This document shows positions 63,049-64,000 of a DNA stretch of 64,000 nucleotides, piece after piece. Numbering within the stretch: the first letter of the stretch is position 1; each line of letters opens with the position of its first letter. The stretch spans positions 80,414,001 through 80,478,000 of the forward strand of contig NC_043004.1 in NCBI RefSeq assembly GCF_006345805.1. The letters are read 5' to 3'. The stretch comes from Octopus sinensis (taxonomy: Eukaryota). The position numbers and the translations under genes were made by a program. A model generated the notes under the pieces. That model had not been told where the DNA came from, made no database searches, and saw nothing but the letters and a program-made list of their open reading frames with translations.

Positions 63049-64000
63049 CAAATGTATAAAGCAAGAAAAATAAGAGATGTTCATAGTCAGGTTGAGGCTA
63101 ATGGAAAAACTGAAATGGGATTACGTTTCGTACTTTACTCATTCTTCAGATATTTTGCAGAAAGAAAGGAAATAATAAAATAGAGCCAGCCATATAAAAG
63201 CACGCGGAATTAGCTCACATTAAATGTCTGAGTGCACGCGCTCGCACTCATACACATTAGTTATCATTTTTACAAGGAAAGGGTTGAAAATTAATTTTAA
63301 AATGTCCTACTAAGCAGTATAGAGTATTCTGTCAGTTTATAGTTAAACTGTGTTAAGATGTAACTTAGGCATAAAAACAAGCAGCATTACTTCATTATTT
63401 CTGTCTATTGTGTGTGTGTGTAAAGTAGTGTTAAACACTGATGGTATGCAAATTAGTTGCTCTACTTCTCTGTAGCTACTGTGTTTGTGTAGTACGTTAA
63501 CAGATTGACTGCTTCTTTCTCTGAGTTTGGTCAAGTTGTTATAGAAATCTCTGATGAGAGCCTAATAAGGTTCGAAAAATCGATCTAGGCTGTTCTTTTG
63601 TTTCCATTGTACGGAAAAATACTTTAATTTGCTCTGTTTAAGTATTTGCTGCCTAGGTTACACACACACACATACACACAAACGAGAAAAAGAAATCAAG
63701 AACAAACAAAATACACTAACCGATTGGAGGCAATGAAGTATAGAAGAAACTACTATAGTCCCAATATATACGTCTTTATGACTGAAGTAGGAGGAGATGA
63801 ATTCATGACGAGAGAGAGAGAGAGGGGAGGGTATATATCAGGTAAAAAAAGTATATGAAGTTTAACAAAAGACGGGGAGGGCTCAGATAAAAATAGAGAA
63901 ATAAAAGGAACTGCCGTGAAAATACTGAAGTATTTTTGATAAGTATGTTGTTTGAGCTTGTGACGTCTACCACCCACCCAGGTATTGTGTTAATAGACAA

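Overview
AT-rich eukaryotic DNA saturated with microsatellites and interspersed repeats. The SINE families, (TA)n/(ATT)n/(GAT)n tracts and repeat spectrum strongly resemble an Octopus (coleoid cephalopod) genome; this is recognition from memory, not a database result. I recognise no intact host protein-coding gene, tRNA/rRNA gene or CRISPR array, and nearly all ORFs in the track are microsatellite translations or chance frames, so the window looks like a large intron or gene desert. Supported content: about 40 copies of several tRNA-derived SINE families (labelled A-D here); coding remnants of a CR1/L2-group LINE, a Penelope-like element with a fold-back end, a restriction-endonuclease-type (HERO/NeSL-like) LINE and an internally deleted FLYWCH-MULE transposon; hAT and Tigger-like MITEs; and two non-autonomous Helitrons. 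The most interesting signals are RNA-structural. One is a near-canonical minimal type I hammerhead ribozyme (5211-5260, minus strand), with five further decayed hammerhead-like motifs, two of which share an unusual CCGACGA core. Another is a 25-bp G:U-containing hairpin in unique DNA (34513-34624). The SINEs also show head/tail module swapping with each other and with local LINE 3' ends. Repeat boundaries are approximate unless terminal repeats or target-site duplications are quoted.
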